Positions 20,226 to 29,864 of a stretch of DNA of 64,000 nt are shown piece by piece. The stretch spans positions 5,184,001 to 5,248,000 of the forward strand of contig OZ244042.1 in NCBI GenBank assembly GCA_965215015.1. Reading direction: 5' to 3'. The DNA is from Candidatus Poribacteria bacterium. GTDB taxonomy: Bacteria > Poribacteria > WGA-4E > PCPOR2b. How positions within the stretch are numbered: the stretch's first letter is position 1; every line of letters begins with the position of its first letter. Made by a program: the position numbers and the translations under genes. The notes under the pieces were generated by a model, which searched no databases, was not told the origin of the DNA, and worked only from the letters and a program-made list of their open reading frames with translations.

Positions 20226-21371
20226 GTGACCGTATCCGTATGGCAGGAAGTGCCTGACCCCATTCAGGTGGAACACGATGATGTCGTTATCGGTGCCGGC
20301 ATCGTGGGGGCTTATACCGCGACACTACTTCGTGAACGCGAGCGCGATGTTGCGCTCGTAGATGCGCGTTTTCCCGCCGCTGGGGCGTCAGGTCGAAACG
20401 CGGGGTTTGTTTTGACGGGACAACGCGAGCCCTATCCGGTTCTGGTAGAGCAGATAGGACGAGAATCTGCCCGCGCCATTCTAACGATGGTGCGTGAAAA
20501 CGTGATCCGAATGCGCTCGTTGGCAGACCGCTTTGATGTTCCGCTTGAGGATGGGGCAGTCCATCTCGCTGAGAGCCGCGCCGAAGCCCGTGAGTTGGAG
20601 CACTGGGCTCGTGAACTGGAAGCCGATGGCGCGACGGTTGAGTTCTCGCATGGTGACCCCTACGGGTCATCGGGTTACGCCGCGATGATGCAGGTTGAAA
20701 ACGATTTCATGGTGCAGCCTGCGCGGTTGACGGAAGCCATTGCTGCCGCCTCTGGTGCCACACTTTATGACCACAACGAGGTCTATGCCATTGAATCGGC
20801 GGGGGGATGTCTCCTTGTTCGTGGACGCCGAGTGCATATCCGGTGTCGCAGGGTCTATGTCGCTACCAACGGCTATGGAGGCGATCTCCACCCATATCTG
20901 CGCGGCATTGTGAGGCCCGTGCGGGGCCAGGTAACGGTGACAACGCCGGTGGAGCGTTTAATTGACGTTGCAGGCATCACCGAGAACCACTATTTTCGTC
21001 AATTTCCGGATGGGCGTGTGTTCATTGGAGGTGCGCGGGCGTTCTTCGAGGCACAGGAGTACACCGCCGAAGATGCTGTGACGCCGGACCTACATGTGAA
21101 TCTAGTGAACTATCTGCGTCTATGGTTTCCGGGCGTTGAATTTGAGGTTGAACGGCAGTGGGCAGGTATTCACGGCTTCACGCCCGACCGTCGTGTCGCT
21201 GTAGGGTCCTTCCCGGACGAAAAGCGTGTCGTCTTTGCCGTGGGCTTCAGCGGATACGGCAACTCGATTGGTCTTGTTGCTGCTGAGCGCATGGTAGCGT
21301 TGGCGTTGGAGGGGCGTGACCCTGGGTCGCTCTCCGCCACCCGCTTTCCATCGTTCAGCAGTACTCAGTAG
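20226..21371 (+). CDS. FAD-dependent amine/amino-acid oxidoreductase (DAO family, PuuB-like)
   Basis: VIGAGIVG, GASGRNAGF, ATNGY and GFSGYG motifs. Confidence 0.85.
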   Translation: MTVSVWQEVPDPIQVEHDDVVIGAGIVGAYTATLLRERERDVALVDARFPAAGASGRNAGFVLTGQREPYPVLVEQIGRESARAILTMVRENVIRMRSLADRFDVPLEDGAVHLAESRAEARELEHWARELEADGATVEFSHGDPYGSSGYAAMMQVENDFMVQPARLTEAIAAASGATLYDHNEVYAIESAGGCLLVRGRRVHIRCRRVYVATNGYGGDLHPYLRGIVRPVRGQVTVTTPVERLIDVAGITENHYFRQFPDGRVFIGGARAFFEAQEYTAEDAVTPDLHVNLVNYLRLWFPGVEFEVERQWAGIHGFTPDRRVAVGSFPDEKRVVFAVGFSGYGNSIGLVAAERMVALALEGRDPGSLSATRFPSFSSTQ

Positions 21372-21463
21372 TACATTGATCCATTAGTTCATTGGTGCAT
21401 TGGTTCAATTGTAGTGGGTGTGCTTCGTCGTGCGTTAATTTGCACAAGGGTTACGGCATACGG

Positions 21464-21581
21464 GGCCCCGATAAGATTGGTTACGATTTGGTTTGTTTCA
21501 GGAACTGAAACATTGCCAAACCGTGAATCCACGATTTCATAAGTATTGAAACAGTACAACGAAATCGGGAATTTCTAAAGC
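21464..21581. mobile_element. 118-bp insert in the centre of a family A REP
   Basis: GGCATACGG|insert|AATATGC; the insert has internal CCCGAT/ATCGGG inverted ends and terminates TCGGGAATTTCTAAAGC; a 23-bp relative occupies the same site at 17558-17580. Confidence 0.55.
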
Positions 21582-21665
21582 AATATGCGTGCTACTAGCG
21601 AGTTGGGTTAGGTTAAAACAGCGATTGAATTGTTGTTCTTGTCGAAATTGTAGGAGGAAACACTG

Positions 21666-23429
21666 GTGCAATCCCCAGACCGAGTCGATCCAATCACATT
21701 TGAGGTTATCCGCAATGCGCTGTTGGAAGCGACAGAGGAGATGACAATTGCCCTCCGGCGTAGCGCGTACTCAACTAACATCAAGACCCGTGCAGACTTT
21801 TCCTGTGCCTTTTTCGATCGCGAATTGCGATTGGTGGTGCAATCGTTCGGTCAGCCGACCCACTTGGGATCGCTGGTTGAGTTGGTCCCGAAGGCTATCA
21901 TTGACTATGGGGTTGAAAACCTCGGTCCGGGGGATACGCTCTTAGTCAATGATCCGTATGGGGGTGGGGGCCACCTCAACGACATCACCCTCATTTCGCC
22001 CGTGTACTACAACGACGCGCCCTTCGGTTATGTCGCGAACGTTGCTCATCATGTTGATGTAGGCGGCGGTGCACCGGCGAGTGTGGGCGCATTCCGTGAG
22101 GTTTACCAAGAGGGTGTCATCATTCCGCCGGTGAAGCTGGTGCGTGGGGGCGAAATGCTGCCTGATATTTTTCGGTTGGTGCTGTCGCAGATTCGGTCGA
22201 AGCGCGAAACCGGGGGCGACTTTCGGGCACAAGTGGCGGCGAACACGACCGGCATGCGTCGGTTGTGTGCAATTATGGATCGGATGGGATTGGAGACGTT
22301 TACTTTTTACATTGATGAACTGATCGCTTATGCCGAGCGACGCACGCGGGCGGAGGTTGCCAAGCTGCCTCAAGGGGTTTTCACCGCCGACGGTTACGTT
22401 GACAATGACGGCTTTACCGATGAACCGGTACACCTTGTGGCGAAGATGGTAATTGACGACGATGGTGTTTTCTTTGATTTGACCGGCTGTGATCTCCAAA
22501 GACGAGCACCGGTGAACTCCACGTATGCCCAGACCTTCTCCGGTTGCGCGTATGTCCTTAAGTGTTTAATTGACCCCGACATACCGACAAATGCGGGTTT
22601 CTACGGATTTGTGCGGATGCTCGCTCCCGAAGGGACGGTGGTCAATAGCGCGCCACCCGCCCCGGTTGTGGGAGGGTGGGAGACGCAAACCCGCCTGATT
22701 GATGTGATGTTTAAGGCACTGTCGCCGGTTATCCCGGGTAGAGTGCCGGCGGGCACGAAAGCCATGATGTGTCACGCCGGTTTCGGCGGGGCCGACCCGC
22801 GCACGGGGGAGTACTACTGTTTTCTGGAAACAATGGCGGGTGGGTTTGGGGGGCGAATTTCCAGCGACGGTCCCGACGCCGTGCAAACGCATGGTCAGAA
22901 TACCGAGAATGCACCCATTGAGGAGACCGAAACGAACTACCCAGTACGCATTACGCGCTACGAATTGGTAAATGATTCTGATGGTGCGGGCAAACATCGC
23001 GGCGGGCTAGGGCTGCGGCGGGATTACGAATTTCTCGGTCATGAACCCTCTTTCACTATCTTGGCGGATCGAGACCGTTGGGGCCCGTGGGGTCTGTTTG
23101 GTGGACAGCCGGGGCTCAAGGCAAGTTACATCCTGAATCCGGACACGGATCCCGTTGAACTCATTTCCAAAGTAACCGTACAGCTCAAACCGGGGGAGGT
23201 AATGAGCTACCGCACCTGCGGTGGTGGCGGTTACGGTCCTCCCGAAGCGCGTGATCCAAACTTGGTGTGCCGCGACGTGCGTGAGGGGAAGGTGAGCCTT
23301 GAGCGGGCGAGGGAGATTTATAAAGTTGCGGTCGATACCCAATCGTGGACGGTGGATGCGGCGAAGACCGAGAAGCTGCGCTCCGATGACATTGTTAGCG
23401 GAGAGGAGGATCCCAATGATGGGACTTAA
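21666..23429 (+). CDS. hyuB: Hydantoinase B / oxoprolinase family protein (paralog 1)
   Basis: DPITFEVIRN, NDPYGGGGHLND, AHHVDVGG, GAGKHRGGLG and CGGGGYG motifs. Confidence 0.92.
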   Translation: MQSPDRVDPITFEVIRNALLEATEEMTIALRRSAYSTNIKTRADFSCAFFDRELRLVVQSFGQPTHLGSLVELVPKAIIDYGVENLGPGDTLLVNDPYGGGGHLNDITLISPVYYNDAPFGYVANVAHHVDVGGGAPASVGAFREVYQEGVIIPPVKLVRGGEMLPDIFRLVLSQIRSKRETGGDFRAQVAANTTGMRRLCAIMDRMGLETFTFYIDELIAYAERRTRAEVAKLPQGVFTADGYVDNDGFTDEPVHLVAKMVIDDDGVFFDLTGCDLQRRAPVNSTYAQTFSGCAYVLKCLIDPDIPTNAGFYGFVRMLAPEGTVVNSAPPAPVVGGWETQTRLIDVMFKALSPVIPGRVPAGTKAMMCHAGFGGADPRTGEYYCFLETMAGGFGGRISSDGPDAVQTHGQNTENAPIEETETNYPVRITRYELVNDSDGAGKHRGGLGLRRDYEFLGHEPSFTILADRDRWGPWGLFGGQPGLKASYILNPDTDPVELISKVTVQLKPGEVMSYRTCGGGGYGPPEARDPNLVCRDVREGKVSLERAREIYKVAVDTQSWTVDAAKTEKLRSDDIVSGEEDPNDGT

Positions 23430-24162
23430 ACACGACGACGGCTGGAATATACCGGTGGCCAACCCCTTTTATCCACTGCTGCCGGCAATCTATCGGAATG
23501 TGCGGTTTCAATTTGTCTTTTTTTACGCTGTCCCTGCCGCTGTTCAGGGCTTTCTCCCTGAACCTTTAAAAGCAGCGGAGGACGGATTGTGCGTAGCTTC
23601 AGGACTGGAGGTGCCCTTCTACACCAACTATGGTCCTTTTGAAGAATCTTTTATTTTAATGAAGTGCCGTTTCAGGGAGCAGATTGGATTCTACTGCTCT
23701 CACGTTTTTCATAACGGTCCTGCTGGTATCGCTGCGGGCAGGGAAATTTACGGAACGCCGAAGGTGTACGCGGGCCTAAAAGTGACGCAAGCGGATCGGT
23801 GCATGGTGACGGAAACCTCGCTCAGTGGTGTGCCGGTGCTGAATATCAGTTCCAGTGTGGAAACCGTTGTGTCCCACGATGCAATGCCCTCCTTGGCCCC
23901 CGCTTGGCGGTTGAAGATTATTCCCAGAGCGGACGGTCCGGGACCTGCCCTCAAACAATTAATTGATTGCAGCGAAACAGCCCAAGATGTAGAGGTTCAC
24001 TTCACCGCGAAGGGACAGGGCAGGATTACTCTCGGTGCCTCTCCGTTGTGCGATCTTACCCCGCTATCACCGCTGAAATATGGAGAGGCCTTCTACATGG
24101 AGAGCAGTTATGCTGAGGGATACGCGCAGATTGTCTACGACTATTTGAGAGAGGTGCCCTAA
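23416..24162 (+). CDS. Acetoacetate decarboxylase family protein
   Basis: AAGREIYGTPK Schiff-base motif and LKIIPRADG; GGAGG RBS overlapping the end of hyuB. Confidence 0.82.
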   Translation: MMGLKHDDGWNIPVANPFYPLLPAIYRNVRFQFVFFYAVPAAVQGFLPEPLKAAEDGLCVASGLEVPFYTNYGPFEESFILMKCRFREQIGFYCSHVFHNGPAGIAAGREIYGTPKVYAGLKVTQADRCMVTETSLSGVPVLNISSSVETVVSHDAMPSLAPAWRLKIIPRADGPGPALKQLIDCSETAQDVEVHFTAKGQGRITLGASPLCDLTPLSPLKYGEAFYMESSYAEGYAQIVYDYLREVP

Positions 24163-24165
24163 CAG

Positions 24166-24891
24166 ATGAACGATAAGCTAAAAATTGGTATCCTCTACCC
24201 CCTTTACTCTGCGGAGGACGACTACCCACGTCTTGCTGCTGCGTTGAAACCTGCGGTTGAGGTTCAGGTTGTTCATACCGATAGCCCAAACCTGCATCGG
24301 ATTGACGAGAGCCTTATCACCGGCAGTCGAGAATACCTGTTGGCGGGTGCAGAGGAGCTGTACCCTCACAACGTTGCTGTCTGTTTATGGGCTTGCACAA
24401 GTGCGAGTTTTGCATTTGGTGTGGAGGGAGCGCGGCGTCAAGCGCAGGATTTAGTCGATGCGCTCGGCGTACCGGCCTCAAGCACATCGCTATCGTTCCT
24501 CAGTGCTAGCAACGCACTTGGACTGAAGCGTGTTGCTGTCGCCGCAACCTACCCCGAAGAGCTTTCAAACGCCTTTCGCGCTTTTTTGGAGGCGGGAGGC
24601 CTTGAAGTGGTTCACATGGGGTGTCTTGGTGTCTGGACGGGTGATGAGGTTGCTCTTATTGAACGCGAAGAAGTCTTGCGCTTTGCGTGTGCCAACGACC
24701 ATCCCGATGCGGAAGCGGTACTAATCCCGGACACCGCGCTGCACACCGTTGATTTTCTGATCGAACTTGAAGAGGCGGTCGGCAAAACAGTGCTGACAGC
24801 GAATCAGGTGACGATGTGGGAAGCCCTACGCCTTGCGAACCGTTTAACGTCTCAGTCCAATTTAGGACAATTGATGAAGGCTGTTCCTTAA
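24166..24891 (+). CDS. Maleate cis-trans isomerase / Asp-Glu racemase family protein
   Basis: WACTSASF, VAVAATYP, IPDTALHT and VLTANQVTMW motifs. Confidence 0.85.
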   Translation: MNDKLKIGILYPLYSAEDDYPRLAAALKPAVEVQVVHTDSPNLHRIDESLITGSREYLLAGAEELYPHNVAVCLWACTSASFAFGVEGARRQAQDLVDALGVPASSTSLSFLSASNALGLKRVAVAATYPEELSNAFRAFLEAGGLEVVHMGCLGVWTGDEVALIEREEVLRFACANDHPDAEAVLIPDTALHTVDFLIELEEAVGKTVLTANQVTMWEALRLANRLTSQSNLGQLMKAVP

Positions 24892-24954
24892 CGCAAACTG
24901 CCAAGGTAGTAGGCATACTCCGTATGCCGTAATCGTTGTGCAAATTATGGCACA

Positions 24955-25045
24955 GTGGTATAGGTTGGGTTGAACGGTTAAAACCGAATCTATATCAAAA
25001 ACGATACAGCGATGATTTTCAACAATATCCTCTTATAGATGGAGT
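24955..25045. repeat. REP/REPIN-like family B (TAGGTTGGGTTGAACG...TTCAACAA...TTATAGAT). Other copies at ~40155-40240, 32600-32685 (inverted); partial at 29728-29760 and 54977-54999
   Basis: Shared GTAG-type ends and internal blocks between copies. Confidence 0.7.
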
Positions 25046-25157
25046 GAACCTCAACTCAATTCTAACGCAATGCCTTTCAAGTGTTAGGTTTCACTATCTC
25101 GGTGAGATTTCAGCCGGAATTGAAGTTCGGGCTCCAAGCGTAATGGTTAGTATTTTT

Positions 25158-25344
25158 TAGGACTTACGCATTTCGGTTGTGAAAATTGTGTCCGATTTCC
25201 GCCTGCCTATGACTTTGACGTCCGACCATAAAAATTCACTCGTGGGGGCAGGTTTCCCAACCTACGATCACTGGCAGGTTAGGAACTCTACCACCACGAG
25301 TCGGGTGCCCTCAAGGTACTAATTGCTCAACGGCGTAAGTCCTA
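25158..25344. mobile_element. MITE, 187 bp
   Basis: TIRs TAGGACTTACGC/GCGTAAGTCCTA and TTTTT 5-bp flanking duplication; homologous to 38630-38813. Confidence 0.8.
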
Positions 25345-25371
25345 TTTTTCACTAAAATTAAGGAGATCAGC

Positions 25372-25857
25372 ATGGATCGATATATCGAAGTGACTCTTAG
25401 GAAGCGCGATGTAAGTTGTATTGCGCGGATGCTTGACGACCTTGCGCCGAAGACGTGCGAGGCGGTGTGGAATGCACTGCCACAGGAAAGCGACGCCTTT
25501 CATGCCAAATACGCGAGTAACGAAGTTTACACTCTTGTCCCACCCTTTGCACCCAGCGAGATAGGCCTTGAAAATCCAACAATTCTGCCAATCCCCGGCG
25601 ATTTGCTCTATTTCTTCTTTCCACCCGGCACCATTACCAGTCCATCGGTGCGCGAGGTTGCCTATAGCACTGGCATGGTGGACCTTGCGATTTTCTACGG
25701 ACGCGATAACTTCCTTTTTTCGCCCACGATGGGACCTGTCCCCGGTAACCGCTTTGCTGAGGTTACGGAGAATCTTGAGGAGATGGCGGAGGCGTGTAAT
25801 AGTATCTGGCGTGAGGGATTTGTCGGTGAGCGATTGGCGTTTTGCCGGTTGGAATAA
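25372..25857 (+). CDS. DUF3830 family protein
   Basis: APKTCEAVWNALP, FHAKYASNEVY, ENPTILPIPGD and DLAIFYGR motifs. Confidence 0.85.
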   Translation: MDRYIEVTLRKRDVSCIARMLDDLAPKTCEAVWNALPQESDAFHAKYASNEVYTLVPPFAPSEIGLENPTILPIPGDLLYFFFPPGTITSPSVREVAYSTGMVDLAIFYGRDNFLFSPTMGPVPGNRFAEVTENLEEMAEACNSIWREGFVGERLAFCRLE

Positions 25858-25999
25858 TTTACATAAAGCTCACTATATTTTAGAGATTTTCATCAGAATT
25901 GTCCCCCGAAACCGTAGTGTTATGCTTAGTATTTCTCAGCCTATGCTCTATAGTGTGGGTAATGTCAACAGAACCTAGCAACTTGCGTTAAGATAAACT

Positions 26000-27718
26000 A
26001 TGAAACCGACATTTGATCCAATCAAGTTTGAAGTTATTCGTAACGCGCTGATTGAAGCGACGGAGGAGATGACAATTGCTCTCCGCCGCAGTGCCTACTC
26101 GACCAATATCAAAACCCGCGCCGATTTTTCGTGCGCCTTCTTTGACAGGGAGTTACAGCCTGTCGCCCAGTCGTTCACCCAGCCGGTGCATCTCGGTTCG
26201 TTATCTCAATCTGTGCCGCGGGTTATCCGGGAATATGGGCCAGAGAACTTGGGCCCGGGCGATGCGATTCTTTCCAACGATCCCTATCTTGGCGGCGTTC
26301 ACCTCAACGACATCACCCTTATCTCACCCGTATATTATAATGACCAACTTTTTGGCTACGTTGCCAATCTCGCGCACCATGTAGATGTGGGCGGCGGCGC
26401 ACCCGCCAGTATTGGTGCCTTCCGCGAAGTTTTTCAGGAGGGGGTCATCATCTCTGCTGTGAAAATGGTAGCGGCCGGGGAGATTGACTCGGATGTTTTT
26501 CGCCTTGTGCTTGCACAGATTCGATCCAAGCACGAAACGGCAGGCGACTTTCGAGCGCAGATAGCTTCCAACAATACCGGGGTGCGTCGCTTGAGTGCGC
26601 TGCTGGATCGGATGGGAGCTGAAACGGTCGCTTTCTATATCGACCAACTGCTTGCCTACACCGAGCGTCGGACACGGGCGGAAATTGCAAAGCTGCCTCA
26701 AGGGGGCTTCACCGCTACAGGCTACGTTGACAACGACGGTTACACCGATGAGCCGGTGCGCCTTGTGGGGAAATTGGTTATCAATGAGGATGGTGTTCTT
26801 TTCGACCTGAACGGATCTGAACCGCAGCGGCGAGCACCCGTTAACTCCACGTATGCTCAAACCTTCTCTGCGTGTGCCTATGTCCTAAAAAGCCTGATTG
26901 ACCCGGATATACCGGTCAATGCGGGTTTCTATCGTTTGGTTCAGATAGATGCGCCGCTGGGGACGGTGGCCAACTGTACGCCGCCGGCACCTGTCGTCGG
27001 TGGCTGGGAGACACAGGTGCGTTTGACCGATGTCCTGCTCAAGGCCCTTGCGCCCGCCATCCCCGACCGCATTCCGGCGGGGACGAAAGCGATGATGTGT
27101 CAGATGGGATTCGGGGGAGCCTCTCCGCGCACGGGTGAACTGTATGCGTATTACGAGACAATGGCTGGTGGGTATGGCGCGAGGGTTGCCAGCGATGGTC
27201 CCGATGCCGTGCAGTGTCATGGACAGAACACAGAGAACGCACCAATTGAGGAGACAGAGATTAACTATCCGGTGCACATTGCCCGCTACGAGCTGGTAGA
27301 TGATTCGGACGGCGCAGGTAAATATCGCGGTGGGCTTGGGTTGCGGCGTGACTACCTCTTTGACCATGAGGTTTCGTTCACCATCTTGGCAGATCGGGAT
27401 CGATGGGGGCCTTGGGGGCTCTTCGGCGGAGGCGATGGGGAGATCGCGCGCTACATACTGAACCCTGATAATGAAGCAACCCAACTGGGCTCCAAAGTTA
27501 CAGTTCAACTAAAGCCGGGGGATATCATGCGGGTGCAGTCTTGCGGAGGTGGTGGTTACGGTCCCTCTGTGGAGCGTGATCCACAGAGGGTGTTACAGGA
27601 TGTGCATGAAAGGAAGGTGAACCTTGAGCGAGCGCGGGCGGTCTATCGTGTAGCGATTGATCCGGACGCTTGGACCGTGGACGAGGCAGAGACCGAAAGG
27701 TTACGGTCAGGGCAGTGA
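26000..27718 (+). CDS. hyuB: Hydantoinase B / oxoprolinase family protein (paralog 2)
   Basis: Same motifs as 21666-23429 and highly similar over the full length. Confidence 0.92.
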   Translation: MKPTFDPIKFEVIRNALIEATEEMTIALRRSAYSTNIKTRADFSCAFFDRELQPVAQSFTQPVHLGSLSQSVPRVIREYGPENLGPGDAILSNDPYLGGVHLNDITLISPVYYNDQLFGYVANLAHHVDVGGGAPASIGAFREVFQEGVIISAVKMVAAGEIDSDVFRLVLAQIRSKHETAGDFRAQIASNNTGVRRLSALLDRMGAETVAFYIDQLLAYTERRTRAEIAKLPQGGFTATGYVDNDGYTDEPVRLVGKLVINEDGVLFDLNGSEPQRRAPVNSTYAQTFSACAYVLKSLIDPDIPVNAGFYRLVQIDAPLGTVANCTPPAPVVGGWETQVRLTDVLLKALAPAIPDRIPAGTKAMMCQMGFGGASPRTGELYAYYETMAGGYGARVASDGPDAVQCHGQNTENAPIEETEINYPVHIARYELVDDSDGAGKYRGGLGLRRDYLFDHEVSFTILADRDRWGPWGLFGGGDGEIARYILNPDNEATQLGSKVTVQLKPGDIMRVQSCGGGGYGPSVERDPQRVLQDVHERKVNLERARAVYRVAIDPDAWTVDEAETERLRSGQ

Positions 27719-27899
27719 TAATGGGCGGATGGACTGCTTCTGCAATATTGTCAGAATCAGGATTGACTGGGTTTTAGGGTTCTCAGAATTTTTAGGGCGT
27801 ATCATTTTTTTACTCTATATCGCTTGGATATGTCTATCCAAGCGGATTCGATAATTTCCGCTTCCCTCAGAAAATGACAAAGCGCAGATGAAACCCGTA

Positions 27900-28499
27900 T
27901 CAACTGAGTGCCCTTCGGAGGGTGCTCGTGATTTCGGAGAGAACCCCTACAGGTGTGTCGGTCGCATCGATTTCTTGGATTTGGTCTGACGGATAATAGG
28001 ATAGGGTCGGTGCAGTTTGGTGTTCGTACTCCTCGAGCCGGTGTCTAATCACCTGTTCGTCGACATCATCGGACCGATTTTCACGCAGTGCCCGCCCTTT
28101 TATACGTTTCACAAGCACTTTCATGTCCTGACATCGCAGGTAGATGATTTGACGCACATCGATATAATTGTCCATCGCCCGTGCCTGTGGCAAGTTGCGC
28201 GGGATTCCGTCTAGAACTAAATAGTCTGCCGCTGGCTTGAACTGCTCAGTCTGCACCAAATTGTCGATATAGTCACGCCATAATTGAATCGCCAGATCGT
28301 CTGGGACAAACTCACCCTTGTTGGAGTATTCGAGGAACACCTTGCCGAGTTTGCTATTGAGGTCTAGGGCGCGGAGTACTTCTCCACAAGCGACATGCAC
28401 AAACCCCGGAATCTGGTTAAGAATTTTGCCCTGAGTTCCCTTTCCTGTGCCAGGGGCACCAAAAATTAAAACTGTTCGATATTTGGTTGCAGATTGCAT
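27900..28499 (-). CDS. adk: Adenylate kinase-like nucleoside monophosphate kinase (short, LID-less type)
   Basis: FGAPGTGKGTQ P-loop, LDGIPRN and RSDD motifs. Confidence 0.8.
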   Translation of the reverse strand: MQSATKYRTVLIFGAPGTGKGTQGKILNQIPGFVHVACGEVLRALDLNSKLGKVFLEYSNKGEFVPDDLAIQLWRDYIDNLVQTEQFKPAADYLVLDGIPRNLPQARAMDNYIDVRQIIYLRCQDMKVLVKRIKGRALRENRSDDVDEQVIRHRLEEYEHQTAPTLSYYPSDQIQEIDATDTPVGVLSEITSTLRRALS

Positions 28500-28529
28500 C
28501 GGTACGACTTTTTTCTCCTTCGTTTCAAA

Positions 28530-29525
28530 TTATCGATCAATCTGTTCGGTCCATTTGTTAGGTGCCGTGTCGATTTCGTATTCAGCGAAGACGCGATCGA
28601 TTTCCGCCTTCGCATCGTCCGTCAGCCTCCAGCCAACAGCACCCATGTTATCCTCGACTTCAGAGGCCCGCCGGGCACCAACAAGTGAGACGCTGACCGC
28701 AGGGTTGGAAATCACCCAATTGAGTGCGAGGTGTGGCAGCTTTTTGCCGAATCCGTCCGCAATCCTTTTGAGTTCATTCACCGCTTGAACGTTACGTTGG
28801 AAAATCCCCGGTAGAAACAGCTTTAGCGACATGTTGCTTCCTCCCCTGCGTCGCCAATCGTCTTCTTCAAATGTGGTTTCTTCGGTAAACGCTCCCGCCA
28901 ACATTCCGTAGGCGAGCGAGCCGTACGTCATAACCCCCATACCGTTCTCTTGGGCATAGGGGAAAATCCATTTCGCCATACGCCGATCAAACAGATTGCA
29001 AGCGTACTGTATGACATCGACGCGCCGTGTTTCCATGCAGGTTTTGATTTCGTCTATGGTGAAGTTAGAGAGACCGACAAATCTCGCCTTTCCTTGCTGC
29101 ACAATCTCCTCCAACGCTTCCATCGTTTCATCAAACAGGGTGGTGCGGTCTGGCCAGTGGACCAGATACACATCGACATAATCGGTGTTAAGCTCTTTCA
29201 AACGACGGTCGATCGCAGCGTGTGCCATTGAACGACGGCTATCCCGTCCATTCAGGCGGTCGTTTTCGTAGTGAATGCCGAACTTTGTGACAACGATAAC
29301 ATCTTTGCGACGGTTCCCCAATGCCCGTGCCAACAGTTCTTCAGATTTACCCATGCCGTAGGCTTCGGCGGTATCAAAGCAATTGATACCGAGGTCTAGC
29401 GCGCGATGGATTGCCGTAATGACCTCGGATTCTTCGATGGAACCGTAGCCTCCGCCCATCTCCCAGCAACCGAACCCGATTGCTGAAACCTGTAGTCCTG
29501 TCTGCCCAAACGCTTTATATTCCAT
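28530..29525 (-). CDS. Aldo/keto reductase
   Basis: CFDTAEAY, YLVHWPD and VGLSNF motifs. Confidence 0.92.
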   Translation of the reverse strand: MEYKAFGQTGLQVSAIGFGCWEMGGGYGSIEESEVITAIHRALDLGINCFDTAEAYGMGKSEELLARALGNRRKDVIVVTKFGIHYENDRLNGRDSRRSMAHAAIDRRLKELNTDYVDVYLVHWPDRTTLFDETMEALEEIVQQGKARFVGLSNFTIDEIKTCMETRRVDVIQYACNLFDRRMAKWIFPYAQENGMGVMTYGSLAYGMLAGAFTEETTFEEDDWRRRGGSNMSLKLFLPGIFQRNVQAVNELKRIADGFGKKLPHLALNWVISNPAVSVSLVGARRASEVEDNMGAVGWRLTDDAKAEIDRVFAEYEIDTAPNKWTEQIDR

Positions 29526-29864
29526 GATTGACCTCCCCTGTTTCCGCTGTTAGCTATTGCTCACCTCATCATTGTATTATGTTATTTCGCAATTGTCAAG
29601 GGCAGAAAATGCCTAGGGCGCACTTGACATATCATCGCCGGTTTGATACACTGCCCCTAGTGATTATAATGCAAGTTACTACCTATCGCCCTGTTGGGGC
29701 TATGTTGGTTTATTGGTTCAGCAGAGTTGGGGTTCACGGTTCGTGCTCAACCCAACCTACGACACTCAAGAAACACACTCCGCGGTGGCGCGATTTGCAC
29801 AGGAGTTACGGCATACGGAGTATGCCTACTACTATTTTTTGGAATAAGACAGGAGAAAAGCAGT

